64,000 nucleotides of DNA from Rhizophagus irregularis. Lineage: Eukaryota. The translations under genes and the position numbers were made by a program. The first letter of the stretch is position 1, and each line of letters begins with the position of its first letter. Shown here piece after piece: positions 53,189 through 64,000 of the stretch. Location of the stretch: the NCBI RefSeq assembly GCF_026210795.1, contig NC_089430.1, positions 6,014,001 to 6,078,000 of the forward strand. Reading direction: 5' to 3'. The notes under the pieces were generated by a model. It saw nothing but the letters and a program-made list of their open reading frames with translations. It had not been told where the DNA came from and searched no databases.

Positions 53189-55700
53189 ACAGATATATAG
53201 AGATTGATACTCAAAAAATTGATATTGATTTATTACGCAAATTATTCAATGGAGAGGCTATTGTAAGTATATATTATTGAATTTAATTTTTATCGTTATT
53301 ATTTAATTAATTTTTTTATTTTTATTTAAAGACGGAAAGAAATGCAAACCAATGTTCTACTATTATTTCAAAAAGTTCTAGAACTAAAAAATGTGGTATG
53401 TTATTTGGTTAATTATATATTAATAATTAATTAATTAATACATATTATTTATTGTACCAATTCATATTTAAAGCTTATATTCACCATTGTGATGGTAGTG
53501 TTATGCAAGGTAAAATTGTAAATAAGCCATGTAACGTTAAAATGTACAAATTTATTCCTAATGATCTACAAGAATGTCTATTTGTTGCGCTTATATGTGT
53601 TGGTGTACATAATCACCCACCACCACCTCGCTCCTGAAAGAACTCTGGATAATATCAAAGATAATTTGCAAATGATGATTAAAGAAGCAATTGAAAAAGA
53701 TGATGTAGTAACATCTGGATCAATAATTCAAGGTATTATTAAAATAATGAATTATAATTAAATTACTTGTTTTTAATATATAATCGCAAATAATTAATCA
53801 AAAATTGTAATTATTTTTAGGAAATATGCTAAAAGCATATTTCAATAAAGAAACTCTTCAAGAGATCCATATGTCATTAAATAATATTGATAAATTACGT
53901 TATTTAGTTGCAAAAACTTACAAGAATCTTTATCCTTTTGGACAACATATCTTAGGAGTCTTTTAAAGCGTATATAGTAAACAATTTGACCTTCACAATT
54001 ATTGTTCATAAAATTGGTAAGCTTTTGATTTATTTGATTTAATTATCTTAGTTGTTATAATAGTTTAATTTAATAATTGATTTTCTTTAAATTTTTTTGG
54101 GAATGGACTTGTTCTTATTGTATGTATGCTTGAAAGACAAGCACAATTATTACAACATCTTGAATGTTTTCAGATTGATTTGTCCTTTAAACGTATTAAA
54201 GGGAATATTAATGAGTTTGAAATAAATTCATATGACGATTATCACAATCTAAGTAAGTAAACATCAAATATTTATTTTTTTTTAACAAAAAAAAAATAAT
54301 AAAATTTATTAATATTATGTATTTCTATTTAGTTTTGTCTTATTGTCATATATATACAAATGTGAATTCCTCAGATAGATATTGCCGCTTATTTATAACT
54401 TTGTTTGATATTATCAAACAATTAACTGGAAAGCCCGTTTAAGTTAAGCATATTCATGGTAATGGATGGAGTTGTATTTTAGGAGATCTTGATATGGGGC
54501 AGATGAAAGGTTTGGGATTGGCACTACATAGTTTAGATACAACACGCGAATGGGAAGTTTACATTATGAATATCTTTAAGTCATGTCATGTACATTTTCA
54601 AAGGTAAAAATTTCAAAAATAATAATTATTATATTATTTATTTGTTTTTATTTAATTTTTGATTTTTTTTTGATTTTAGAAATGTGAATAATAAACGTTT
54701 TAGTGATCCGATTAAAAAAAGATGATTTCGTTACTAAAAGCAGAAAGCAAAGTGGAATTAAATCAAATTTTTTCAGATATTGAAAAATCTGATGAAGATG
54801 GCGTGAAAGGTATACTACTAAATATTTTTTTTAAAAAAAAATCTAATTTTTAATTTATTGTTTTTTAAAATTAGATTGGATTGACTATTATCAAAGACCT
54901 CACATTTTAGCAACAATTAATTCTTCAGCATCATTAATGGATGTTGAAATATGGAATCGGTATGGAAATAATACCAACACAGCAGAAGCTGCGCACTCTC
55001 TAGTTAATAGAACTGGAAAACAGCTAAAACTTTTATCAGCTATTTTACGGTTTGTATTTAAAATATATTTTATATAGAGGTAAAAATTAAATTTAATTAT
55101 TAAATATTTTTTAAAATTTAGAGGTCAAAAATTAGATGAACGTCATTTAAAAATAATCGAAATTCAAGACTTTTCAGCTGTCCCTTATACAAAACAAGAT
55201 AAAAGCCAAGTTAAAAGGCAACTGCTTGCAATAAATCGAAAAGGTAAACTTTTAGTTTGTAATTTAACATGTAAAGTTAAATAACTAATATAATTTAATT
55301 TACAGAAAAACGAAATCAAAAGAATAAAGAAGATAAAAATTCATTAAAAAGGAAATATGGCCAATCCAAAATCCAATCTATTGATGAAAATAATTATAAA
55401 TTTGAAAGTGATAATTCATGATCAAAAAAGGTTGATATTGAAGAAAGACGGTTGCGTTTAGAGCTTGAAATAGAAGAACGAAAAATGAGTTTAAAAGAAC
55501 GTGATATAGCTTTGCAAAAATCAGTGGCTGAAGTAGAGACTATTGAAATTGCTAATGAAAAAGCAAAATTAGCCTTAAAAAACAATTAGATTTATGTATC
55601 GATAATGAAATAAATAAACCAGTTTATAATTAGTAAATATTTTGATTTAATTAAATAATTTTTATTTAATTAAATAATTTTTATTTAATCCATTAAATAA

Positions 55701-55780
55701 TAGTTATTGGTTAGGGGGGGTAAAATATCGTTCACCCCAAAGGGGTGATACAATATTTTATCCACTATAACCAATAACTA
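55701..55780. repeat. 80-bp imperfect hairpin
   Basis: TAGTTATTGGTTA..TAAAATATCG.TCACCCC-AAA-GGGGTGA..CAATATTTTA..TAACCAATAACTA. Confidence 0.8.
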
Positions 55781-55974
55781 GATTATTGCCACCCCATTCA
55801 ACCGATCAACAAAGGTTCTAACCTTACATTTCATGTCTCAAGTGTCTAGGTTATATCCTTCGTGGTCTGCCCATGGTTTTAACCCATGTCCGTGATATAC
55901 TTTGACTTGTCATGCTGTGTCATAGAAACAAATCATGCTAATTAATTTAATATTATTATACTCACTTATAGTCA

Positions 55975-57290
55975 TATACGGACATTAATGTTCATGATAT
56001 TTGTTGATGATGCTCCTTGTCAGATATGGCTGTGATATTTGTTGTCAATTGCTCATGATGATACTCCTTGTCAGGTACAGACATTTATGTCTGTGATATT
56101 TGTTGATGACGCTCCTTGTCAGATACGACCATGATATTTGTTGTCAATTGCTCATAATGATGCTCCTTATCAGGTACTGACATTTATGTCCGTGATATTT
56201 GTTGATGATGCTCCTTGTCAGATATGGTCATGATATTTGTTGTCAATTACTCATGATAATACCCTTGTCAGGTACAGATATTTATGTCCGTGATATTTGT
56301 TGATAATGCTTCTTGTCATATACGACCATGATATTTGTTGTCAATTGCTCATGATGATACTACTTGTCAGGTACGGACATTTATGTCCGTGATTTTTGTT
56401 GATGATGCTCCTTGTCAGATATAACCATGATATTTGTTGTCAATTGCTTATAATGATACTTCTTGTCAGGTACGGACATTATGTCCGTGATATTTGTTAA
56501 TGATGCTCCTTGTCATATACGACCATGATATTTGTTGTCAATTGCTCATGATGATACTACTTGTCAGATACGGACATTTATGTCCGTAATATTTGTTGAT
56601 GATGCTCCTTGTCATATACGACCATGATATTTGTTGTCAATTGCTTATAATGATACTCCTTGTCATTTATGTCCGTAATATTTGTTAATGATGCTCCTTG
56701 TCATATACGACCATGATATTTGTTGTCAATTGCTCATGATGATACTACTTGTCAGGTATAGACATTTATGTCCGTGATATTTATAATAACCTTTGTCAAG
56801 CACAGACATTTATGTCCGTGATATTTATGATAACCTTTGTCAAGCACAGACATTTATGTCCATGATATTTATGATAACCTTTGTCAAGCACAGACATTTA
56901 TGTCCATGATATTTGTGATAACCTTTTTCAAGCACAGATATTTATGTCCATGATATTTGTGATAGCCTTTGTCAAGTACAGACATTTATGTCTGTGATAT
57001 TTGTGATAACCTTTATCAAGCACAGTCCATGATTTTTGTTATACTTATGATAATCTTTGTTAAACACAGACATTTATGTTCATAATATTTATTATACTTA
57101 TCTTTTGTCTTATGATAACCTTTATCAAGCACAGACATTTATATCCGTGATTTTTGTTATACTTATAATAATCTTTGTAAAGCACAGACATTTATGTCTG
57201 TGATATCTATTATGCTTATCCTTTGTCTTATGGTAGATAACCTTTGTCAAGCACAAACATTATTTATGTCCATGATTTTTGATTTTTTGC
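55975..57290 (+). repeat. Tandem arrays in the left foldback arm (~94-bp then ~40-bp units)
   Basis: GGACATTTATGTCCGTGATATTTGTTGATGATGCTCCTTGTCA... about 8 copies, then GACATTTATGTCC.TGATATTT.TGATAACCTTTGTCAAGCACA repeats. Confidence 0.9.
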
Positions 57291-59741
57291 ACCCATCCAT
57301 TCAGTAATTTAATTATAAATAAGACAATTTTATAATTTTTGACTGCATATTCATTTACTAACTTTATTAATTAATATTTTATATCACTTTATAACTATAA
57401 AAAAGGCAATTTTTTTTTCAAGATTAATTTGGCCAGGTTTAAAATAATTTTGCACAGCAAAATTTGTCAGAATTATTTGGCCAGAATTATAAAATGGACA
57501 TAAATGTCTGGTTTGCAAATTTGACCAGAATTATAAAAATGAACAGTTTTTGTAAATTTGGCCGGCATTATGAATATAGATATTTTAATTCTTATAGAAA
57601 GTTTTTGTGTTAAATTTATACCAAATGGACTCAGTTTAAAATTAGCTCAAATTTATGCAAAAAAATAATCCAAATTTAGTTTATAAGGTAACTTATCATA
57701 ATCCAATGATCATAGAAAAATAAATTATAGCTTGTTAGCTTTGTTTCATCAAGATAAGTTAAATTGTTAAATAGTGGTTTCTATCATTAATAGATGGGAA
57801 GTTATTGAATGCATTTAGAATTATTTAAGAATACAAAAAAATTCTTTCAAAAAAATGTTAATATCTTATTATTTATTATTAATCCTAAAGGTATAAATCC
57901 ACCATTTAATACATCTCAATACAATCCAATAAGCTGTATACTATCTTTTTACAATCACTTAATGGCAAGTTAATGCAATTTAACTTTTAGCAATTTGGTA
58001 TATTTAACCAAAAATAAATTATTTTTATTGTATCTAGATAATCAATAAAAATTAGATATATAAAAAGATATTTATATTGTTTTTATTATTTATTTGACAT
58101 ATGAAAGTATATATGTGATATCATGTTTTATAAATATTATATGAAAATTTTGTAAAAATTTATAATTGATATGATAATTTACCAATTACTATAATTTTAT
58201 TATTAAGTTTACTTTAATATAACATATTTATATTACATTATAAATTTATAGTAAAGAAAATGTATAACAAACTTTACCAATTATTATAATTTATTATTTT
58301 AATTGCTATAAAGTTTATTTATATTATTATATAAGTTAGTATATCTATGAAAGTTATATAAACATATTTGTTTAATGCAATTTAACATTTAAAAATAATT
58401 TGTTTTTATTTATTAATATTAAATACAAATTACTTAAAAATTGCCAGAATATTAGATCTTTTAATTATTTTTTAAAAATTATCTATTAAATAAAATATTG
58501 ATTTTTTTTTGTTTTTTATTTACTCTTTTTATTAGATCTAAAAATTGTCAAAATATTTAATTATTAATACATTATATATGCATAAAAGTTATATAAACCT
58601 ATTTATGTAATTTAACAATTAATATTGATTTTATTTTGATATTATTTATTTTTTTATTTAATTCAAATTATTTTAAAAATTGTTAAAAAATTAAATGACT
58701 TGGCTCTTTTAATTATTAATATATTATATGTCTATTAGAAGTTAAATAAACATACCTATCTAATGTAATTAGTATTTATAAATTATCTTATCAATATAAA
58801 ACTTTATTTATTTATTTGTTATTAAACACAATTTATTTTAAATATTGTTAGAAGAATTTTTTTATCATCAGGGTGATTACTAGTGACTGAAATTATGATG
58901 ATTGAAGTTAGAAATTGGATCAACAAAATTATTTATTAAAAAAAAAATTTGGGATTTGCGAAAAAATGTACTAATAACATTTCTGTAATAATTACTGCAA
59001 TATTCGCAAATCTAATTTTAATAATTTTGTTGATCCAATTTCTAACAATATTTAAAATAATTTGTATCTAATAATAAATAAATAAATAAAAACAGAACAA
59101 AAATTAAGTTTTATATTAATAAGATAATTTTTAAATACTAAATTACATTAAATAGGTATGTTTATCTAACTTCCATAAATATTTAATATACAAATAATTA
59201 AAAAAAATCAAATCATTTAATTTTCTAATAATTTTTAAAATAAATTATAGTATCTAATTAGAAAAAAAATAAAATCAAAAAAAAATCAATGGCCTATTGA
59301 TAAATAATTTTTTAATTGCTAAATTACATTAAATAGGTATGTTTATATAACTTCTATGCATATGTAATGTACTAATAATTAAAGAATCTAATTTTTTAAC
59401 AATTTTAGAATAATTTGCATCTAATAAAAGAGGGAGATAAAATGAAAAAATTAATATTTTATTTAATAAATAATTTTAAATACTAAATTACATTAAATAC
59501 TAATATGTTTATGTAACTTCTATATATATTTTAATTTACTATTTAATTGAATTAAATATTAGATATATTTATGTAATTACTACATATATTTAATATACTA
59601 ATGACTAATCATTAAAAGATCCAATTTTCTGACAATTTTTAAATAATTGGCATCTAATAGTAAAAAAAATAAAAAATTAAAAAATCAATATTTTTTTCAA
59701 TAAACCAATTTTTAAATTCTAAATTCAAAACAAATAGTATA

Positions 59742-60263
59742 CATCAGGAAATTTGTTTAGGCGTAATTTAGTGTAATATTTCGAAGGTGGTGTAAAATTT
59801 CGAAATATTACACTAAAAACGTAATATTACAAAAGTTTATGCTCTTAAATTTGAATAATTATAGTAATTTAAGAATATCTCGCTATCTACTGATCCAATT
59901 AAGAAGATCTATAGCTCATTGGAATCAGCTCATCAAGACGAATCGAATGGTAGTAAAATCGTATCTTTACGTTTGATAGATGACTTTCTATTAATTTAAA
60001 ACTTTACTGCATACTATAGAGCGTTCTATCAACTGTAGAAATGCGATTTTACTACCATTCGATCTGTCTTGATGAGCTGATTCCAATGAGCTATAGATCG
60101 TCTTGATTGGATTAGCAGATAGCGAGATATTCTTAAATTACTATAATTATTCAAATTTAAGAGCGTAAACTTTTGTAATATTACGTTTTTAGTGTAATAT
60201 TTCGAAATTTTACACCACCTTCGAAATATTACACTAAATTACGCCTAAACAAATTTCCTGATG
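59742..60263. mobile_element. Near-perfect palindromic MITE, 522 bp, TA TSD
   Basis: TA|CATCAGGAAATTTGTTTAGGCG...CGCCTAAACAAATTTCCTGATG|TA; arms ~240 bp. Confidence 0.9.
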
Positions 60264-60895
60264 TATCTATACTATAACTTATATAATAGTATATGTAATG
60301 AATTGAATAATTAATTGTTGAATTATATTAAAAAATCTTTATAGTAATTGAAATAATAAATTATAATAATTGATATAATATAATTTATAAGTTTATTTAT
60401 ATATCTTCCTTATAAATTCTTAATGTGATATATATATGTTAACTTCCATAAATATGTAATGGATTATTTTATAACAATTAAAAATGAATTATAGTAATTG
60501 GTAATATTATATCAATTATAAATTTTGTAAATTTTCTTTACAAAATTTACATAATATTTATAAAACACAATGTTTATATATCTTTATATTTCAAATAAAT
60601 AATAAAATAATATCTAGTATATCTTTTTTATTGAATATATTGAATATCAAAATACAATAAAAAAAAATGTCTATTATTTGGTTAAATACACTAAAATGCT
60701 AAAAGTTAACTTGGCATTAAGTAATTACAGAAAGATAAAATATAGCTTGTTGGATTATTTTTTGAGATATCTTAAATGGTGGTAGTTTCATACCTTTAGA
60801 ATTAATAAATAATAAGATATTAACATTATTTATTGAAAGAATTTTTTATATTCTTAAATATTTATAAATGCTAATAACTTTTTATTTAATGATAA

Positions 60896-61209
60896 GGCCA
60901 CACAAATTCAAATTTTCAGTTCACTTCACTCAGCTGGGTCACTTTTTCAAATTTCAATAAAAAAAAGTTAATATATAAAAAATTTATCACGTGATCAGGA
61001 TGTAATTTTATTGGCGGGTAAGTTTATCATGCGGCTGAGAACTTCTAGAGTGAAAATAAATTCCTCCCTTCTAAAAGTCAACCAATCAAATGTCACGATT
61101 ATATATATAAACTTTTTTTACTAATAAACAATAAACCTGGGTCAGTGGGTCCCCAGATCGATTTTAAATTTCAATGTTATGTGAACTGAAAAATTGAATT
61201 TGTGTGGCC
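60896..61209. mobile_element. PIF/Harbinger (Tourist-like) MITE, 314 bp
   Basis: TAA|GGCCACACAAATTCA..TTTCAGTTCAC ... GTGAACTGAAA..TGAATTTGTGTGGCC|TAA; absent from the mirror arm near 57780. Confidence 0.88.
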
Positions 61210-61629
61210 TAATAGAAATATGAAATTGCCACATTACCACCATTTAATATATCTTAATAAGATAAAGCTAACAAGCTATAATTTATTTATTTATGATCAC
61301 TGGATGATTAGTTAAAATATTTACATTCATAATGCTGGCCAAATTTACAAAATGGACATAAATGTCCGTTTTTATAATTCTGGTCAAATTTGCAAACCAG
61401 ACTTTATGTCCATTTTATAATTCTGGCCAAATAATTTTGGCCAAATTTTGCTGTGCAAAATTATTTTAAACCTAGTCAAATTAATGTGTAAACTTGAAAA
61501 AAAATTGCCTTTTTTATAGTTATAAGGTGATATAAAATATTTATTAATGAAGTTGGTAAATGAATATGCAGTCAAAAATTATAAAATTGCCTTATTTATA
61601 ATTAAAATACTGGATGGTGGGTGCAAAAA

Positions 61630-62312
61630 ATCAAAAATCATGGACATAAATAATGTCTGTGCTTGACAAAGGTTATTATAAGACAAAGGATAAGCATAAT
61701 AAATATTACAGACATAAATGTCTGTGCTTTACAAAGATTATCATAAATATAATAAAAATCACAGACATAAATGTCTGTGCTTGACAAAGGTTATTACAAA
61801 TATCATGGACATAAATGTCTGTAATTGACAAAGGTTATCACAAATATCACGGACATAAATGTTTGTGCTTGACAAAGGTTATTATAAATATCACGGACAT
61901 AAATGTCCATACCTGACAAGTAGTATCATCATGAGCAATTGACAACAAATATCATGGTCGTATATGACAAGGAGCATCATTAACAAATATCACAGACATA
62001 AATGTCCGTACCTGACAAGTAGTATCATCATGAGCAATTGACAACAAATATCATGGTCATATATGACAAGGAGCATCATTAACAAATATCACGGACATAA
62101 ATGTCCGTACCTGACAAGGAGTATCATTATAAGCAATTGACAACAAATATCATGGTCGTATCTGACAAGGAGCATCATCAACAAATATCACAGACATAAA
62201 TGTCCGTACCTGACAAGGAGTATTATCATGAGCAATTGACAACAAATATCACAGCTATATCTGACAAGGAGCATTATCAACAAATATCATGGACATAAAT
62301 GTCCGTATATGA
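61630..62312 (-). repeat. Tandem arrays in the right foldback arm (fewer copies than the left)
   Basis: Reverse complement of the 55975-57290 units. Confidence 0.9.
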
Positions 62313-63716
62313 CTATAAGTGAGTATAATCATATATTGTTGGATTAAATTAATTAGCATGATTTGTTTCTATGACACAGCATGACAAGTCAAAGTATATC
62401 ACGGACATGGGTTAAAACCATGGGCAGACCATGAAGGATATAACCTAGACACTTGAGACATGAAATGTAAGGTTAGAACCTTTGTTGATCGGTTGAATGG
62501 GTGATTATTGCGTCAGTCACGCAAGATCATGCTATTATTATAGTAAGAGTATATAAAAAGTATAATTAAACTGCAAATAAAAGAAAAATATCAATTATTT
62601 AGCCATCAACAAAAAATATCAGTCCGTCAAAATCTGCATGATCCTATTAGACTGACCAATAAAAGTTATTAACAGTAAGTAATTTTCGATAAATATTTAT
62701 TTATCGAAAGTTTTACGATCAAAATTAATTATCATAATTATCATTTTTTTTATATTAAAAAAGGAGCCTTGTCACTTTTTTTATTAAAAAATTCTGTATT
62801 CTAAATAAATATAAAGCGTTGCAACATCATTCTTAATAATTTTATTAAATTAATTGTTCGATATTTTGGAAGTTTAAATATATATTTTTTCTTTTAAATA
62901 TACTTTTTTTATCGAAGTACACTATTAACTTTGATAGAAACATTAACTAATAATGTTTCCCTTTCTTCCAGGATTACTAGATGGTAAAATTCGAAATTAA
63001 TTTAAAAATTCTTTAACACCAACGTATCTATTTTTTCTACTTTTATAGGTAATAAATCGTTAAATTTTAATATTTATACTTTTTTTTTGATATCGAAATT
63101 TTTTTATACGTATAAATAAATAATAGAAAAATTTTATTGGATAATGGATATACAGTCTATCGAGTAGTCTAATGGTAATTTTATAGGATCATGTGTCCCG
63201 AATCTATAAAGTATAACAGTATAGCCGATAGTATAGTTAATTTGCAACTATACTGTATAGATAATAAATTATACTGTATAGATTTTCGTCAACTATACTA
63301 TACAACATCGGAGGTATATATCATACTCAATATCGTTTGACCGGATCCTCTAAGTGGTTTCTTAACCCATTTGCCGATCCTATTTAAAAACAGTTGAAGT
63401 TTAACCTGCATATGAATCAAGAACGATACTTTTGCTCCTCAGATTTGATCATCTTTACATCATCTTTACATCATCGGCACGTGTTGATAATCATACATTA
63501 TTTATTCCTTTATGATTACTAAACTTTTTTTTTGTTTGCCTTATTATTTGTTACCTCTAAGACTGACTGAATATGTTGCGTAAAATATTGCCAAAAATAG
63601 AAATAAAAGTTCCCAGAAAGAGAAAAACTTTAGGTAGGCTTTTATTGTGTTTAGAAATATACTGCATTTCGGAATGTTAACATGCCAACCTATTTATAGG
63701 TGCTAAAGATGTCAAA

Positions 63717-64000
63717 ATGTCGAACAGCCCATCTGAAACTAATGCTGTTTCTGGTTTGTAATTTCGTATATGGCTATTTGTACTCTTTATTGTATTCTAA
63801 TTTCTTGTATACGTCTGAAGAGCCTGCTCTTAAGAACCACTCATCTGATGAGAAACAAAACACAGCTTCAGCGGAATTCACTTCAAAACCGGCAAAAAAT
63901 AATGAATTTGTCGAAGGTGACCTCGAAGAGTTTGCAGAGAGACTGGGAATCAAAGAATTTACAGAAAATAAAGTCAAGTGGAAAAAATTTTACAGTACGT
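63717..64000 (+). CDS. Possible start of an unknown gene running off the window
   Basis: MSNSPSETNAVS, an intron-like gap with a non-canonical acceptor, then open frame SEEPALKNHSSDEK..LEEFAERLGIKEF.. Confidence 0.3.

Larger units (their letters stand above)
49205..55589 (+). pseudogene. MULE/Mutator-related transposase, intron-rich, disrupted by a LINE-like insert, a MITE and frameshifts
   Basis: PCNVK..GVHNHPPP (WRKY/GCM-like finger), FQIDLSFKR, ILGDLDMGQMKGLG, FKSCHVHFQR, NTNTAEAAH (D, D, CxxH, E). Confidence 0.8.
55790..62503. mobile_element. 6.7-kb non-coding foldback element with kb-long, internally repetitive TIRs
   Basis: ATTATTGC|CACCC(C)ATTCAACCGATC ... GATCGGTTGAATGGGTG|ATTATTGC (8-bp TSD); arms mirror each other toward a centre near 58975. 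Confidence 0.9.
47005..63343. mobile_element. 16.3-kb Mutator-like element (including nested inserts)
   Basis: 9-bp TSD GATCCTCTA (46996-47004 and 63344-63352). Inverted repeat GAT(A/T)(A/T)TGAGTATGATATA(T)ACCTCCGATGTTGTATAGTATAGT begins 9 bp inside each end. Encodes a MULE-type transposase. Confidence 0.8.

Noticed and set aside
55975..57290. CRISPR- or iteron-like repeats
   Set aside because: Plain tandem units mirrored in the other foldback arm.
1..64000. tRNA, rRNA, prokaryotic or endosymbiont genes
   Set aside because: None recognisable; most ORFs carry spliceosomal introns or are TE-derived.

Overview
Very AT-rich eukaryotic DNA with short GT-AG introns and TE families of the kind seen in Glomeromycota fungi (Rhizophagus-like; organism is inferred). 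No ordinary housekeeping gene is recognisable: the window is almost entirely a nested transposon pile. Removing insertions at their target-site duplications (TSDs) collapses it to a few kb of substrate resembling a Polinton/Maverick remnant: a retroviral-type integrase split in three and a convergent ORF split in two, both rejoining in frame. Inserted into it are at least six CACTA/CMC-type elements (some nested), an 11.7-kb CCCAG-ended element with a Sola3-like transposase, a 16.3-kb Mutator-like element, two P-like transposase genes (one with tandem Tudor-like domains inside its catalytic core), two non-LTR fragments with 16-bp TSDs, a solo-LTR-like insert, a 6.7-kb foldback element, and many MITEs (hAT, Tc1/mariner, Harbinger, Mutator, P). 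The most unusual signal: three CACTA-like elements carry long arrays of 25-50-nt micro-exon-like units separated by intron-like spacers whose donor, branch-point and acceptor signals persist while the rest diverges. Family assignments are from motif recognition by eye, not database searches.
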